The notes beneath the pieces are model-generated. The model was given only the letters and a program-made list of their open reading frames with translations. It did no database searches and was not told where the DNA came from. The position numbers and the translations under genes are program-made. A stretch of 64,000 nt of DNA, from the NCBI GenBank assembly GCA_002269645.1, contig NIVC01001039.1, forward strand, positions 62,001-126,000, read 5' to 3'. The stretch comes from Macrostomum lignano (Eukaryota). Below, one piece after another: positions 46,401 through 59,000 of this stretch. Every line of letters starts with the position of its first letter. Position 1 is the stretch's first letter.

Positions 46401-48098
46401 AAATATGGAATTACAGAAAATATGAAATTTAAATTAAACAGCTTGGAATTAACTGAGTGCTAATATATGGCATTCGGTGTCAAAATTCAGGATAAGTTGG
46501 TATCTCATCATCATGCCACGCGCTGACACAAAAAACCCTGCTCAATCTTTATCTGGCTTGCATGCAGGAAACCAGATCACGGACAAAGGCGTGCTGCAGT
46601 GGAAGACGGCCATTAGTTACCAGCTGGCCTACATGAGCAAGCAGAAGGTGAACGGCACGGGACTGATGAAGCTTCTGCTACAGGTGAGACGGAAGCTGTA
46701 AAGTCCCCCACTATGATCTTATCCTGAAATTTTTTTGAAATTTTATTCGAATTTGATTTTAAGTTTCAAGCCGACTTTCACCGACTCTCAGTTCTCTGTC
46801 TACTTTTAGTTCAGTAGCAATGAAGAATACATAAGCTATTTTATAAAAATAAAGCCAGCTGAAATGACTTCGATAAGTTTGAAACCCAAGCTTGCAGGCG
46901 TAAACAAACTTGCTAATTGGCGTTCAGCCATAATGTACATTAGCCAGTTCACTGAAATGTACATTGCAGCTTTAGGCTGGAGCATTGAAGAAGGCAATAA
47001 AATTGCATGGGCGGTGGGGCACCTGGGGTGGTCTACCCCCGATTCGCTGAATCCCAATTTGCCGATTCCTGGTTCGCCGAAATTCCCGAGTCGCCGATTC
47101 CGGATTTGCTGAAATTCCTTATTTGCCAAATTCCTGATTTGCCGAAATTCCTCATTTGCCGAATCCCGACTTGCCGATTTCCTGGTTCGCCGGAATTTCT
47201 GATTTGCCGAAATTCCTCATTTGCCGAATCCCGATTCGCCGATTCCTGGTTCGCCGGAATTCCTGATTTGCCGAATTCACTATTCGGCCAATTCGAAATG
47301 GAAATTTTCGAAAATTCGAAATTTCTTAAGTATTAAGTATTAGTAAGTATTAGATAGTATTAGTATTTATAGTAAGTCACTTTAGAAATAGTAGAGTAAA
47401 TGATAACAAGCAAAAATGTACAAAAAGTTCAAACAAAGAATGGCCTATCTATTAGCTAGCACAGGCCACAGGCATTACCAGATATTCGACGTAGTACGAA
47501 TTGGCCGAATAGTGAATTCGGCAAATCAGGAATTCCGGCGAACCAGGAATCGGCGAATCGGGATTCGGCAAATCAGGAAATTCGGCGAATCAGGAAATCG
47601 GCAAGTCGGGATTCGGCAAATCAGGAAATTCGGCGAATCAGGAAATCGGCAAGTCGGGATTCGGCAAATCAGGAAATTCGGCAAATAAGGAATTTCGGCA
47701 AATCGGGAATAGGCGACTCGGGAATTTCAGCGAACCAGGAATCGGCGAATCAGGATTCGGCGAATCGGGGGTAGACCCCTGGGGTAGAGATTCTGTGTAA
47801 AAAGACGCGATTTTTGTAGAGCCAATGAATAAGCCGTGTCTTTATAAAAATGCTTGAAAATGTTTCATACTACTGAGCTGGTAGTAGCTTACAGGCAAAT
47901 ATGCTGCTGAGGGTCTCGATCATCTAGCTGTAGTAGTACTAGTTATCCATGTTCAATCAAATGCCAGCAATTGCCTCTCCCTTGCAGGGAAATCCATTCT
48001 CGACCGAGTCTGAGAGCTACAGAATTCTCCAGCAGGCGATGAGCAGCAGAGATCCGGTTGGCAGTTCCAGCAACACTTCCGGAAATGTTGATCAGTGA
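34444..48098 (+). CDS. LRRC71: Leucine-rich repeat-containing protein 71-like; exons 34444-34504, 34587-34705, 35346-35454, 36706-36916, 37486-37632, 38790-38949 (alt acceptor 38766), 40572-40745, [42308-42349 optional], 43701-43811, 44170-44242, 44579-44715, 45123-45237, 46568-46683, 47988-48098
   Basis: All junctions are GT-AG and phase-consistent. Motifs ESYQPTGNFQSDFVELC, KNWKLELPML, ALRTNRTLIHLSLSNNRVSDRGATALAE, LTHEETVERRRLL, HPLLE...VPGNHVLALLNLSRNQITDKG and SSRDP match my recollection of LRRC71. Confidence 0.88.
35965..36306 (+). repeat. Unclassified dispersed repeat, copy A (LRRC71 intron 3)
   Basis: Shares cagttcagtag...ttttataaaaataaagc...ctaattggttcagc..taatgtacattagccag...ggcaataaaaattg...tagcttaca...catctag with the copies at 42.8 and 46.8-47.9 kb. 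Confidence 0.75.
36935..37440. repeat. Intronic minisatellite, 25 bp (gtgccactctgcaggggtctgacct)
   Basis: Period 25, with a few shortened units. Confidence 0.95.
37655..38400. repeat. Intronic minisatellite, 18/21 bp (gatttgggatttctgattgca)
   Basis: Tandem array in LRRC71 intron 5. Confidence 0.95.
38405..38670. repeat. Intronic minisatellite, 21 bp (tgatcattgcaaacctccctg)
   Basis: Tandem array just upstream of exon 6. Confidence 0.95.
39025..40450. repeat. Intronic minisatellite, 21 bp (tgatcagtacaaccctccctg)
   Basis: Tandem array; the unit is related to the 38405-38670 array. Confidence 0.95.
41195..42060. repeat. Intronic minisatellite, 25 bp (catccagggtccaataagctaccct)
   Basis: Tandem array in LRRC71 intron 7. 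Confidence 0.95.
42352..42542. mobile_element. hAT-type MITE, 191 bp
   Basis: 15-bp TIR cagtagcgcaaccag / ctggttgcgccactg (1 mismatch); perfect 8-bp TSD GTGACGGT at 42344-51 and 42543-50. Confidence 0.92.
42809..43230 (+). repeat. Unclassified dispersed repeat, copy B
   Basis: High similarity to 46805-47020 (ataaaaataaagccagct.aaatgacttcgataagttt...cccaagcttgcaggcgtaaacaa). Confidence 0.75.
44832..44894 (+). mobile_element. tRNA-derived SINE head (shortened tRNA-like sequence)
   Basis: A box TAGCTCAGCGG at 44839, B box GAGTTCGATTCC at 44872, acceptor-stem-like ends GGCTGGA/TGCAGCCA. Only 63 nt, with no anticodon arm. Confidence 0.65.
45508..46060 (+). mobile_element. Internally deleted Tc1/IS630-like relic
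   Basis: ~40-bp imperfect TIRs (taatttggtccaacaagcatcaatttggtcca and its reverse complement at 46018-46049). Broken frames give YIARLLNVKENMVCSI (HTH-like), LLLNAVETKPLLILQNMQQKMKEQL, TITRAL and IPAVRNNLQTVARRQEFPEW. Confidence 0.55.
46805..47927 (+). repeat. Unclassified dispersed repeat, copy C, split by a foldback MITE
   Basis: Homology to copy A resumes after 47785 (gagccaat...tactactgag...gtagcttaca...catctag). Confidence 0.75.
47030..47777. mobile_element. Foldback-type MITE, 748 bp, GG termini, 8-bp TSD (Merlin- or hAT-like; superfamily uncertain)
   Basis: Ends ggtctacccccgattcg / cgaatcgggggtagacc; TSD CCTGGGGT at 47022-29 and 47778-85; ~250-bp arms of inverted gccgaa/ttcggc subrepeats around an AT-rich spacer. 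Confidence 0.9.
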
Positions 48099-50972
48099 CT
48101 TGTTCGATTAGCAGACATGAAGATAGGACAAATGTACTTTTAAGTTATAATTTAAGTTTCCCTGCAGAAGCACTTCTTGTCACAAAAATCCATGACTTAT
48201 GTCACAGCGTCACTTTTTGCTTTTATTTTTGTTGCTTATGCACTACTAATTACATGTTTAAAGCTCTAAAAATGTATTGCAATAATTCTCACGAAAAGGC
48301 AATTTTATACTCTCTTTGTTGAATATCTTTATTGAACATTTAACTTTCCTCAAATTAATACACGTACTTTTCACTTTATTGTTATGATTTTTAAAAATAT
48401 ATATTTAATAAGGCTTCTCCGTGTACTTGCTGGTCTGGGAGATGCAGCTACAGTTGGCTTTAGCTGCATATTTTTTTCAAAAATGAATGCCAGAGAAATG
48501 GTTGTCATGGTCTCAATTTCCATGCATCAGAGCATAACTTCAACAGTTGCCTTAAAAACGGTACTTTAAAATTTATTAAATAATTGAAGCCTAGTAAATA
48601 ATGCATGAGCTTTAGCTATACAAATATGCACTTGTCGTGCATGCTTGTGCAGCTTTTACGGTTTTGGATTTCCTTATCGGTTCTTGCTGTCCATTGTTAA
48701 ACTGCCAATTTTTATCATACAGCTGCCTAACTGTGTACATGCACGTTTGCATAGCAGAGATACGGATAATATATACATGCAGTACATGTACATGCATGCA
48801 TGCTCGTACACTCAAAAGAATTAAAAAGTCGCCACCTTTGAGAGTGCGCAGTAAATTCTAGTTCAGTATTGACTTTTGAGTGACGCAACTTGCGCCACGA
48901 ACGCAGAGTTGGGCTGGGTGAAGGAGGGATTGGGAAGAGCGGAAGCCGAGGGCGATCAGCATAATTGGATGGATTGAAGCTTCCGCCCGATTTTCATGTT
49001 TTTTCAAGAATTCAATGTGCTTGTACATTTCAACTCCTAGTAGTGTTGATGAAATCTGCATCTGAATTAAAAGTATAACTGTATATTAAGCTTCTTGCAA
49101 TGCGAAGATAAAGATATGCAAAGGTTTTCTCAAAAGACTACTGCTACGAGCGTAAGCAGAAGGATGGGAATAAAACAATGGAAATTTTGGCGAAAAATTT
49201 ATTATGGAGAATGGAGGTTTTGGCTTGATCAGCACAAGAGGATCCAATGTTCATCTTTTGAGTTTTGACATGACTTGCTTTTCAGGAATCCAAGTTAATT
49301 TAAATAAATTGATATCGCATATATCAATTTAAATTATTTAAATATACGATATTTATATATACGATATAATTGTTACCAGAAATAAAATAAATGGCACAAC
49401 TTGATGCATTCGTTTTAGGAAAATTTGTTATCGTGCTTAGCTAATAAATAATCTACATATAAGTCTAGTAGTACTAATTTTATAGTCTGTGCACTCTGTA
49501 GTGCCTTCATTGAAGTAAAATAAAAGGCTTTAATTGTTTTGGGCTAATATAGGCCATATTATTGACAACAACCTAGTCTAGTCAATATTTTCTGACTTGT
49601 CTGATTTATTAAAAATTGTAGTTAAAAATCGATTGTGTTACACAATCATTCAATCAATTTGTGTAAACATATTTTCTAAGTTACACGTCAATAGGCTACA
49701 CGTGCACCAATTTTGAAATTGTCGCAAACATTTAAAATTCAACGACAGCTTATTATTTAATATTTTGAACATAATGAAAAATTTAAGCAACTATTGGGAT
49801 AAATAGTCGTTTTCTACCTACGAACTTTATTCCTGCTTACCCAGAGTATTTTTTATATTTATAACAAAATTTACCGTATAGTTGCTTACTGTTGATTGTT
49901 AGGGAAAAATTGTAATATAAGAAAGGCAGTTTTTTTCAAAAAATGTTTTCTTATTTTATCTAGCAGTTTAAACTGTTTCGAAAAGTGGGAGGCAGGAAAT
50001 AGCAGATATTTAATTTTGCTCTTCATGTGATCTTAATGAGCACTGGGTATATTGACTAATGTCTATATTTAACCGAATCGAATCACATTCTTATCATCGA
50101 TCTTTCTAGTTCCGTTCCGATCTAGCATTGAAGTTTCAGGACGAAGTTGAGCAAAGAGTAAACAAAGAAAACAATGTTAGGCTACCAGTTGTGTGTATGA
50201 TTGCGACTGTTCTCATATTTAGTTAGTTTACATCTGAGATGTAACATCTCAAACAAGTCAAATGCATCCTGCATATGTAGTCAAATTTTAGTGACAAAAA
50301 TACTGCTATACAATCTATAATTCTATTTATTTGAGTTTATGAAGGTCTGCATTAAAATTAGCGGCTAAATTTATTATACATGTCCTTTGTCTTTGACAAA
50401 ATTTAAAGAAATAAAATTTCTTTAAAAATATTAAAATAAAATATGAATATATATTTATCATTGAAGTAATATGGTCATTTAATCTATTGTGTTCTTGTTT
50501 GCTGGCAGATAAAAATGTTTGAAAAAAAGTAGACTATAGTCAAGTATATATATTGTAAAACTTTTTTTCCATAATGATATATTGTGATTAATATAGAAAG
50601 ATAAAAGTTATAGTGAAATATTATTTTTTATATATAATTTGGACTTTGGTTTATCATATTTTAAATAAATATAATAACATATATTATATTATATTTAAAA
50701 TTGATAAGAAAATAAGTTTAACTTTGACCATTTTACAAACAGTCTTTTTTAATAAATGACTTCAATAGTCTATATTGGGCACCAGTCTATTAATAAGCAT
50801 TAATCTATTAATAAGCATCATTAATAAACATTAAGATTTTTATTAACAAACTGCCATTAAGATTTTTTGAACTAATAGATTAACAAATTATTAGCATTAA
50901 TAATTTTGTAAGTTAACAACAAATTCATTGTTAATGTTAATGGTAATGTCAATGACCAAGTCTAAAGAGAAG

Positions 50973-51322
50973 TTTTTTTTATTAGAGGCAGGGGGTTTGT
51001 GTGCACCCTGGTGCACTTTAAGTGACATAGGCACACAACTGGTGAGAGGCATTACTGCCCATTCTGCCAACTCCCCTGAGCAGGCATACAAGCACACGGA
51101 TACGTACACAGGCACACACTCACAGGAGTATACAGCGCCCCTAACTTTATATTATTGTTAGGCTTGTACACTTCACTGCGCCTTGGAGGGTTGGCTCTCA
51201 AGGCCGTTATTTGCATGAGCAAAGCCAAGCTGAGATTCCAATTCAGCCCCAAATTAATGTGATTACACTTGGAATCGAGCCTGGGTCACTGGTACACCAG
51301 AGCAGCTGCGCTACTGCTAGGC
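50973..51322 (-). mobile_element. tRNA-derived SINE, near full length
   Basis: On the minus strand: A-box-like TAGCGCAGCTG (51313-51303), B box GGCTCGATTCC (51281-51271), 3' end cccctgcctctaataaaaaaaa. A homologous copy lies at 60.5-61.0 kb. Confidence 0.75.
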
Positions 51323-53039
51323 TTCTAAAGAGAAGTTACAACATTATGAATATATTTGAATTTACCTAAATGCCCAATTAATCTCTTTGTTTATAATAAT
51401 GATTATGCAAATGTAATAACTTCTTACTAATGAACTCTATAATGAATTAAAATTGTGAACTCTATTTCTTGCATATGAGCACCAATTGCTTTTTTCACTT
51501 CTTTCCCAATCTTTTGTAACTTTCTGTTATGTTTGCTAATGCTACTGAAACAACCTTATTCATATTTCATTATTGACTATTTAGCTTTCAAGTTTCAAAT
51601 AGATAAGTTAATTCTTTTACCATATGTTTACTTTTAGTAGTATTATATATACAAGTTTTTTAAATTAATATTTATTACTTTTTTTAGCTTGTAAATTGCT
51701 TGGATGACCTCTGTGTTTTACTAAAAAGATGGAAAAGCAAAGGTAGTGCATTATGAAGTTTGTTTTAGAAAAAGTGCAACATTTCTATATTTTCTATGTT
51801 AACTTTAATGGATTAATGCTTATTAACTCTTAACAAAACTAAGAGTTAATAAGTTAAGATTTTTTGTTTTAATGCTAACACTTTTTCCATTAATGGAAGT
51901 TAAGATTTTCATTAATAGTGCCCAACACTCAATAATTTTTTATTTATTGATTTTTTATTTTTATATTGAATGATTTATGAATTATGATTTATCTACTATT
52001 TATTTAATGGATAGGCCTAATTGATAGACTGATTAATAAAATATAAACAAAAAATTAATCTGTAGTTTAGAAAGATATTTAGAAGATATTTAGATGTTTT
52101 TATACTTTTAATATAGTCTATATAGATTTTCCAAAATGGTCTTTTGCCAAAATGGCTTTTACCAAAGTGGTCTTTCACTAAAATGGTTAGCACCCTTTTA
52201 ATAGACAAGTTAGACAAGTATAGCAGATAAACTAGCAATAGAGAAAATGACTATCAACCATTATAAAATACCTTTCTATATCCTATTTGATTTTTTCTTT
52301 ATTAAAATTAGTGCAAAGCTATTAGCAGTCCACTAATATTCTATTTTGTCTGCACTAGCTAAAATTTGGTAAAAAATTGTTTAAAATCTTATGGCTATGT
52401 CTATTGGTAAGATAAAAGAATCAATAAGTGAGTAGTGCCTAATAACTTGTTATCTTAGTTATTCAACTATTAAATAATCGAAAAAACAACAGTAATTGAC
52501 AAAATAGAATGTGATTTGATAACTATAAGTGGAGGGTGCCAATAGTAATTTAATAAATGAACCAAATAATCATCAATAATAGACTGTAGTGTCTAATAAA
52601 TATCTTAACTGAAATAAATTATTATGCAACTGATTGTTTTGCATTTGTTTATTTTATCTTATTTATTCTAGTAAAATTTTCTTTATTCAAAACAATGCTG
52701 AGTATGATTTTTTGACTTAAAAACCTAGGAGAATCAAAAATGTCTAAGAAGCTTAAATTATACAGCTAGACATGTTAGATATTGTTGCTTTTGCAAAAAG
52801 CTGGGTATTGAAATATGGTATTGGAATTAGTGTATTAACAATATTCAAAATTTGGGTATTCGAGTTTAAGGTATTGGGTAATTACTTTTTTATAGATTAC
52901 ATGTATTGAAGTATCACTTTTAACTAACTGTTAGCTAAAGAACTGTTCATATTGACAATGTGAAACTTTAGGCTTATAAAAGGGGCTAGTGGGAGTTTCC
53001 AAAACCAGCAAAATTGTGCCCACAATAATTTTGCTGCAG

Positions 53040-56000
53040 CCAATAGCAACAGCAACAGTCGCGGCCTCCAGTGTCGCAGCAGCAGCAGGCGATGCCTTTC
53101 GGGCTGCACAGTACCGCCACCACTGCCGCCGTCAGTGCCGCACTGTGCATGCAGTTCGCACAGTTGCTATGCACAGACTCCCGGCAGGCTACGGCTTCAG
53201 CATCAGCGGCCAGCGTCCGTGCGTTGTTAGCGCAGTTGTGCCTGGCAGCGCCGCGCAGCACGCCGGCCTGAAACCTGGCGATTACCTGCTGGGCGTCAAT
53301 GGCCAGCCAGTTGATGGGGCTGAGCACGAGCGAGTGGCTGCATTGATTGGCGCCAGCGGCGACTCTCTGGCGCTTCAGGTTGTGTCAGTGAGTTGGTCAA
53401 CTTTTGTAGGGAACGTAGAGGTTTTGATAATTCAGAGGGTCTAGGGAATTTAGCTTTAGCTGTTGGAATTTTGATGGTGTGAGCAATTTAAAGGGTGTAG
53501 GTAATTTAAAGCGTGTGGGGAATTCAAAGCGTGTGGGTGATTTAAAGGGTGTGGGGAATTTAAAGCGTGTGGAGAATTAAAGCGTGTGGGGAGTTTAAAT
53601 AGGTATAGGGATGGGGAATTTAAGGATGTGGGGGAATTTAAAGCGTGTGGGGAGTTTAAAGGGGTAAAGGGGTGGGGAATTTAAAGGATGTGGGGAATTT
53701 ATTGGGTGTGGGGAATTTGTAGGGTGTGGGGAATTTATAGGGTGTAGGGAAATTAAAGGCTGTGACTTAAAAAAAAATCAATGGCGGAACGGATTTTAGG
53801 GGCTGGGGGGAAGCTTCTAAGACGTAGGAAGCTTTTGGGCATTTGGGACTTTTTGAGAAAGTTGATGGCATTGCAATATTTCGAGCTCAGTCTGAGGTTC
53901 AAAACAAGGCTCAGTCTGAGGTTCGAAGCCCACTGTTACTTTGGACTTGGCGGCCCTCATCAATATGACAACAGAATTCGTGAGCACTACTCAGAGCGAG
54001 AACTCATTCTTAATCTGTGATGCCGAGCAGGCCGAGCCCAGCCTCCTAGGCGCCTGCTCAGACAATGATGAAGCGGAAATGCCGCATCAAAAGCTGGCAC
54101 AGCAACAGGCGCCGCCTCCGCCACCACCGCGGCATCAGCACTGCGGCGCCATCGGGCCGGAGCAGCGCTACGAAGACGCCGCCGCTGCCACTGCCCGGCT
54201 CTGTCGGGCGAGCTGGCGGGCCGCTGGCTGGTCATCCACGTCGCCAGCCTGCAGCTGCCGGTCCCGGCGCCCGCTGACCGGCTGCGCGTCGTTCGCTCGG
54301 CGATCGCCAGCGCCCGCGCCGCGGCCCGCCTGCAGCCGTCGTCGCCCTCGGCCTCGCCGTCCTCACTATCGCCGTCGTCTTCGACCTCGTCGACGAAGCC
54401 GACGCCGACTCCAGCAACTTCCGCGGCGGGCCAGCCGACCCTTCTGGAGGTGACGCCGCGCTCTGTCAGCCTCGCCGACGCCCGAGGCCGCTCGCTGCTC
54501 AGCCTGCCAGCAGACAGTCTGGCCTTCGTCTGCGCCTACAACGAGGACGCCCGCTACTTTGCTCTCCTCACCGTCGCTGGCGCGGTGCACATCTTCCGGG
54601 TCAGCGGCCGCCTAGCCGATCATCGGCGCCGCGGTCACGCTCGATGGACGGCGGCGTTCGGATTGAACTGCCAGCCGGACGAGTCCGCTGGCTGCTGCAC
54701 CCAGCTGCCTCAGGTGGCGGCTCCCATCGTGCACCGGCTGGTGCGCCTGTTCGCCGACAAGGAGGCCGCGGCGCCGCCCAGTCTGAGCTATCCGACCCCG
54801 CCGCCGTCTGGCCCGCCGGCTCTCAATCGACAGCAGCGCCAGCTTCGTCGACCGTCGGTTCCGATACACGTCGCCGACTCTTCATCGGGCACCCTGACTG
54901 GCCTGGCGGCATCGTTGAACTCAACAGTCAGGACGCTGGCCTCTGGAGAAGTTGTTCAAGGGCAGCAGCAAAAGACGGATGTCGCTCCGTCGACGCGATG
55001 GACAACTGGACTCAGTGCGCTCTCTTGTGAGGTACAGATTTACGCTCGTACCTGTTATTATATTGGTGACTGGGATTCCCCTAACTGGATTCCTCTAGCT
55101 GGGATTCTCCTAGCTATAATTCCCTAATTGGATTCCCCGAACTGGGATTTTCCTAGCAGGGATTTCCCTAACTGGATTCCCCTAGCTGGGATTCTCCTAG
55201 CTGATATTCTCCTAGCTGGGATTCCCCTAGCTGGATTCCTCTAGCTGGATTCCCCTAGCTGGGATTCTCCTAACTGGAATTCCCCTAACTGAATTCCTCT
55301 AGCTGGGATTCCCCTAGCTGGGATTCCCCTAGCTGGAATTCCCCTAGCTGGGATTCTCCTAACAGGATTCTCCTAACAGGATTCTCCTATCTGGGATTCC
55401 CCTAATTGGATTCCACTGTCAGGAATTTTCCTAACTGTGATTTCACTGACTGGGATTCTATTTAACTGGAGCTCCACTGACTTGAACTCCACTGAAGAAA
55501 CCAAATCTTAGCTGACAGAATGATATGAGGTAGTGTTATTATTGTAAAGCGGAGAAAACTGCCGCTTTTTTTGCGCATCAGGCAGCAAGTGTCCAATGCC
55601 GAAGAGCTAGTTTCCCTCATAGCTGACCTTTTAACTAATATGTCTCACTTAAAAAGCAATTACAAATTAACGCTAGGTAACTAATTAAGTAAAGCCAGCG
55701 GCCTCGCCTCTCCATACCGCAGAATCTGGCCAGCAGCGCCTCCTCCGATGACGCCGAATCGCCGCCAATCGTTGCCGACAATCAGCGCCGACGCAGCGGC
55801 GGCGACTTCGGCGTCGGTACGGGAATCGGCGCCAAATTCGTCCCGGCGCCGCCGCCGCTGCTGCGCCGCCGGCCCCAATCGGCGATGGCGTTCGGCTCCG
55901 GCGTCGTTGATGCGCCCGACGCCATCGACGATACAGCCGCCACTGGCGGTCCCTCCGACTGGTCGGCCGGGCTGGACCGCCTGCTGGCCGACCCGACTGG

Positions 56001-59000
56001 CGTCAAGCTGTTCGCCGAATTTCTGCGCGGCGAGTTCAGCGAAGAGAATGTCGCCTTCTGGCTGGCTGTTGAGCGGTATAGGGCGATTGAGGACCAGGAG
56101 GCAGTGAGTTCGGGGCTGGGGATGAGTAGTGGGATCGGGACTTCGCTAGTTGGGATCGGAACTTTGGTAGTTGGAATCAGGACTTTGATAGTTGGGATCA
56201 GGACTTTAGTAGTTGGGATCAGGACTTTGATAGTTGGGATCGGGACTTTGCTAGTTGGGATCGGGACTTCGATAGCTAGGATCGGGACTTTGGTAGTTGG
56301 GATCAGGACTTTAGTAGTTGGGATCAGGACTTTGATAGTTGGGATCAGGACTTTGATAGTTGGGGTCGGGACTTCGATAGTTGGGATCGGGACTTCCGTT
56401 AGTTGGGATTTGGACTTCCGTTAGTTGGGATCGAGACGTCGATAGTTGGGATCGAGACGTCGATAGTTGGGATCGAGACGTCGATAGTTGGGATCGGGAC
56501 GTCGATAGTTGGAATCGGGACGTCGATAGTTGGGATCGGGACGTCGATAGTTGGGATCGGGACGTCGATAGTTGGGATCGGGACGTCGATAGTAGGGATC
56601 GGGACGTCGATAGTAGGGATCGGGACTTTGGTATTTGGATCAAGACTTCCGTTAGTTGGGATCGGAACTTCCGTTAATTGGGATCGGGACTTCCATTAGT
56701 TTGGATGGGGACTTCGATAGTTGGGATTTAGACTCAAATAGTTGGGATCGGGAGTCAGAGAGTTAGGACCGGTGACTTATGAGTTCGGATTTTATGATCA
56801 GGGCTTAATAAATTGGGATCGGGAAACTCCGGCATGGAAACCCAGCAGTCACTGGAAAATAGTGTCGGATGCGCTGCTCCCATCCGCAGCTGTCAACCGA
56901 AGCCGCCCGCATAGTATACGACTTCATCGGCATCAACGCGCCGCAGTGCGTCAATCTGGACGGCGCCACGGTTGAGCAGCTTCGCGCCGATATTCTGGAC
57001 GCCAGTCGGCCGCCGCCAAGTCGACACGCGTTCGACAAGGCGCAGCGGCACATCTACGATCTGATGCGGATGGACAGCTACGCCAGGTTCCTCAAGTCCA
57101 GCTGCTACCGGGAGGCTGTGGCCGCGGCCGCAGCACAGCGACAACAGCGACCGTTGACTATCGGGGCCGAGACTCTCGACAACGGCGGCGGGGCCAAGCG
57201 GCGCGGCTTCTTGGCGAGCTTGGTTCGCGGTGAGCTGGCCTTGCCACGGTCCTTACTCTCAGAGTCCCGATCCCTACTCCCAGTCCTGATCCCTACTCTC
57301 AGAGTCCTGATCCCTACTCTCAGAGTCCTGATCCCTACTCTCAGTCCCGATCCCTACTCCCAGTCCTGATCCCTACTCTCAGTCCTGATCCCTACTCTCA
57401 GTCCTGATCCCTACTCTCAGTCCCGATCCCTACTTTCAGATTCCCAATCCCTGCTCTCGGAATCTTGATCCCTACTTCTTAGTTTTTAATCCCAAATTTG
57501 AGTCCTAATTTTATTTAAATTCCAATCGCTTCTTAGCGCTTATTTCGGAAGGCCCCTTTTACTAGGAATTAAAAATTGTGTAAATTTTTGGCTACTAAAA
57601 CTTATTAAACAATTGTTTATACAGGCCGCACGCTGAGACGCCACTCCGATCAGCAGCAGCAGCACGGATCTCGGTCACCGTCACCTCCGTCTGCATCAGC
57701 GCTGCCCACCGCTGCGGGCTGCTGCCGCGTTCAGCTGGCTGACGGCTCCTCGGCTCTGCTGGACGTTCGCGGCGCAGCCGGCCAGCAGCAGCGCAGCCTG
57801 CGCGAGGCCCTGCTAGATCTCTGCGAACGGCGCGGCCTCAACTTTGCCGCCGCTGAAGTCCGCGTGCTCAACGACGACGAGCCCGACGGTGTCAGCGGCA
57901 GCGGCGGTCTGGACGCTCCACTGTCGGCGTTCGCTGGCCGGCAAATCCGGATGGAACGGCGAGTTCTGTTCCGGCTAGAGCTGCCAGCCCCAGCCGGCCG
58001 GTGCGTCGGTGTCCGAGCTCGGCCAGCCAAATCGCTGCGTGACGTGCTGCGCCCGGTGTGCGGTCGGTACGGCCTCCGCCTGGACCGGCTCGTGGTCTGC
58101 CGCGAGTCCGGCTTCGTGCCGCTGGGCCTGGACGCTCCGGTTGACTGCGTTGACGGCCTCCGCCTGTGCGCCCTGCCCAAGGAGGACTTTGTCGGTGAGT
58201 TGTGCGGCGTCTGTGGAGCAGGCAGACAAGAATGTTGCTCCCTGTTTCCGGGGGCGCAGTGAGATCATGCTCTTTCCCTTATTAGATGGGGTCGTTCCTA
58301 ACCAAAGAGAAGTCTCCGATTTCGCTTTAAAATATTTCGCGTATGCAAAAAGCCGCCTATTATGATTTATTAACCGTTATAGTTACGTAACTTTAACCGC
58401 TGTGCTAAGCTAATCAATTAACCTAATTAATTAATCGTTAATCCTGTCACTATTTCGTTAACGCTTCGACCCAGCGGATTTATTTGGCCGTATTTGCTTG
58501 CAGATTTTCACCTCTTTGGCGACAACAGGGTGCCGCCGCGCCGACGGCAAAACCACCAGCAGAAGTCGGCCGCCAGTGCGGTCAAAAGATCTAGCATTGG
58601 CCATGCGGTGCACAGGCTGCTTAAAAGCTCCTTTGCCTAGGCCTGTCTCTTTCATGTGCCCATAGTCGTCTCTCATTGGCTGACAACCGGTGCTTGCACC
58701 CACCTCACTTCGTAGTCATCTCTCATTGGCTGATACCCGTGCTTGCACCCACCTCACTTCGTAGTCGTCTCTCATTGGCTGATACCTCGTGCTTGCACCC
58801 ACCTCACTTCGTAGTCGTCTCTCATTGGCTGATGCCTCGTGCTTGCACTTAGTGCTGTAATATTTAATGTTTTCTTCTTTTTTGTTTGTCCGCGATTTAA
58901 TAGCAGTATTTTTAGCAAAAAAGTGGTTACAAAAATTCAAGTCGACGCATTTTGTCTTAACTTTTCTTTTTACTAATAATGCATTTTTGTAACATCCTGT

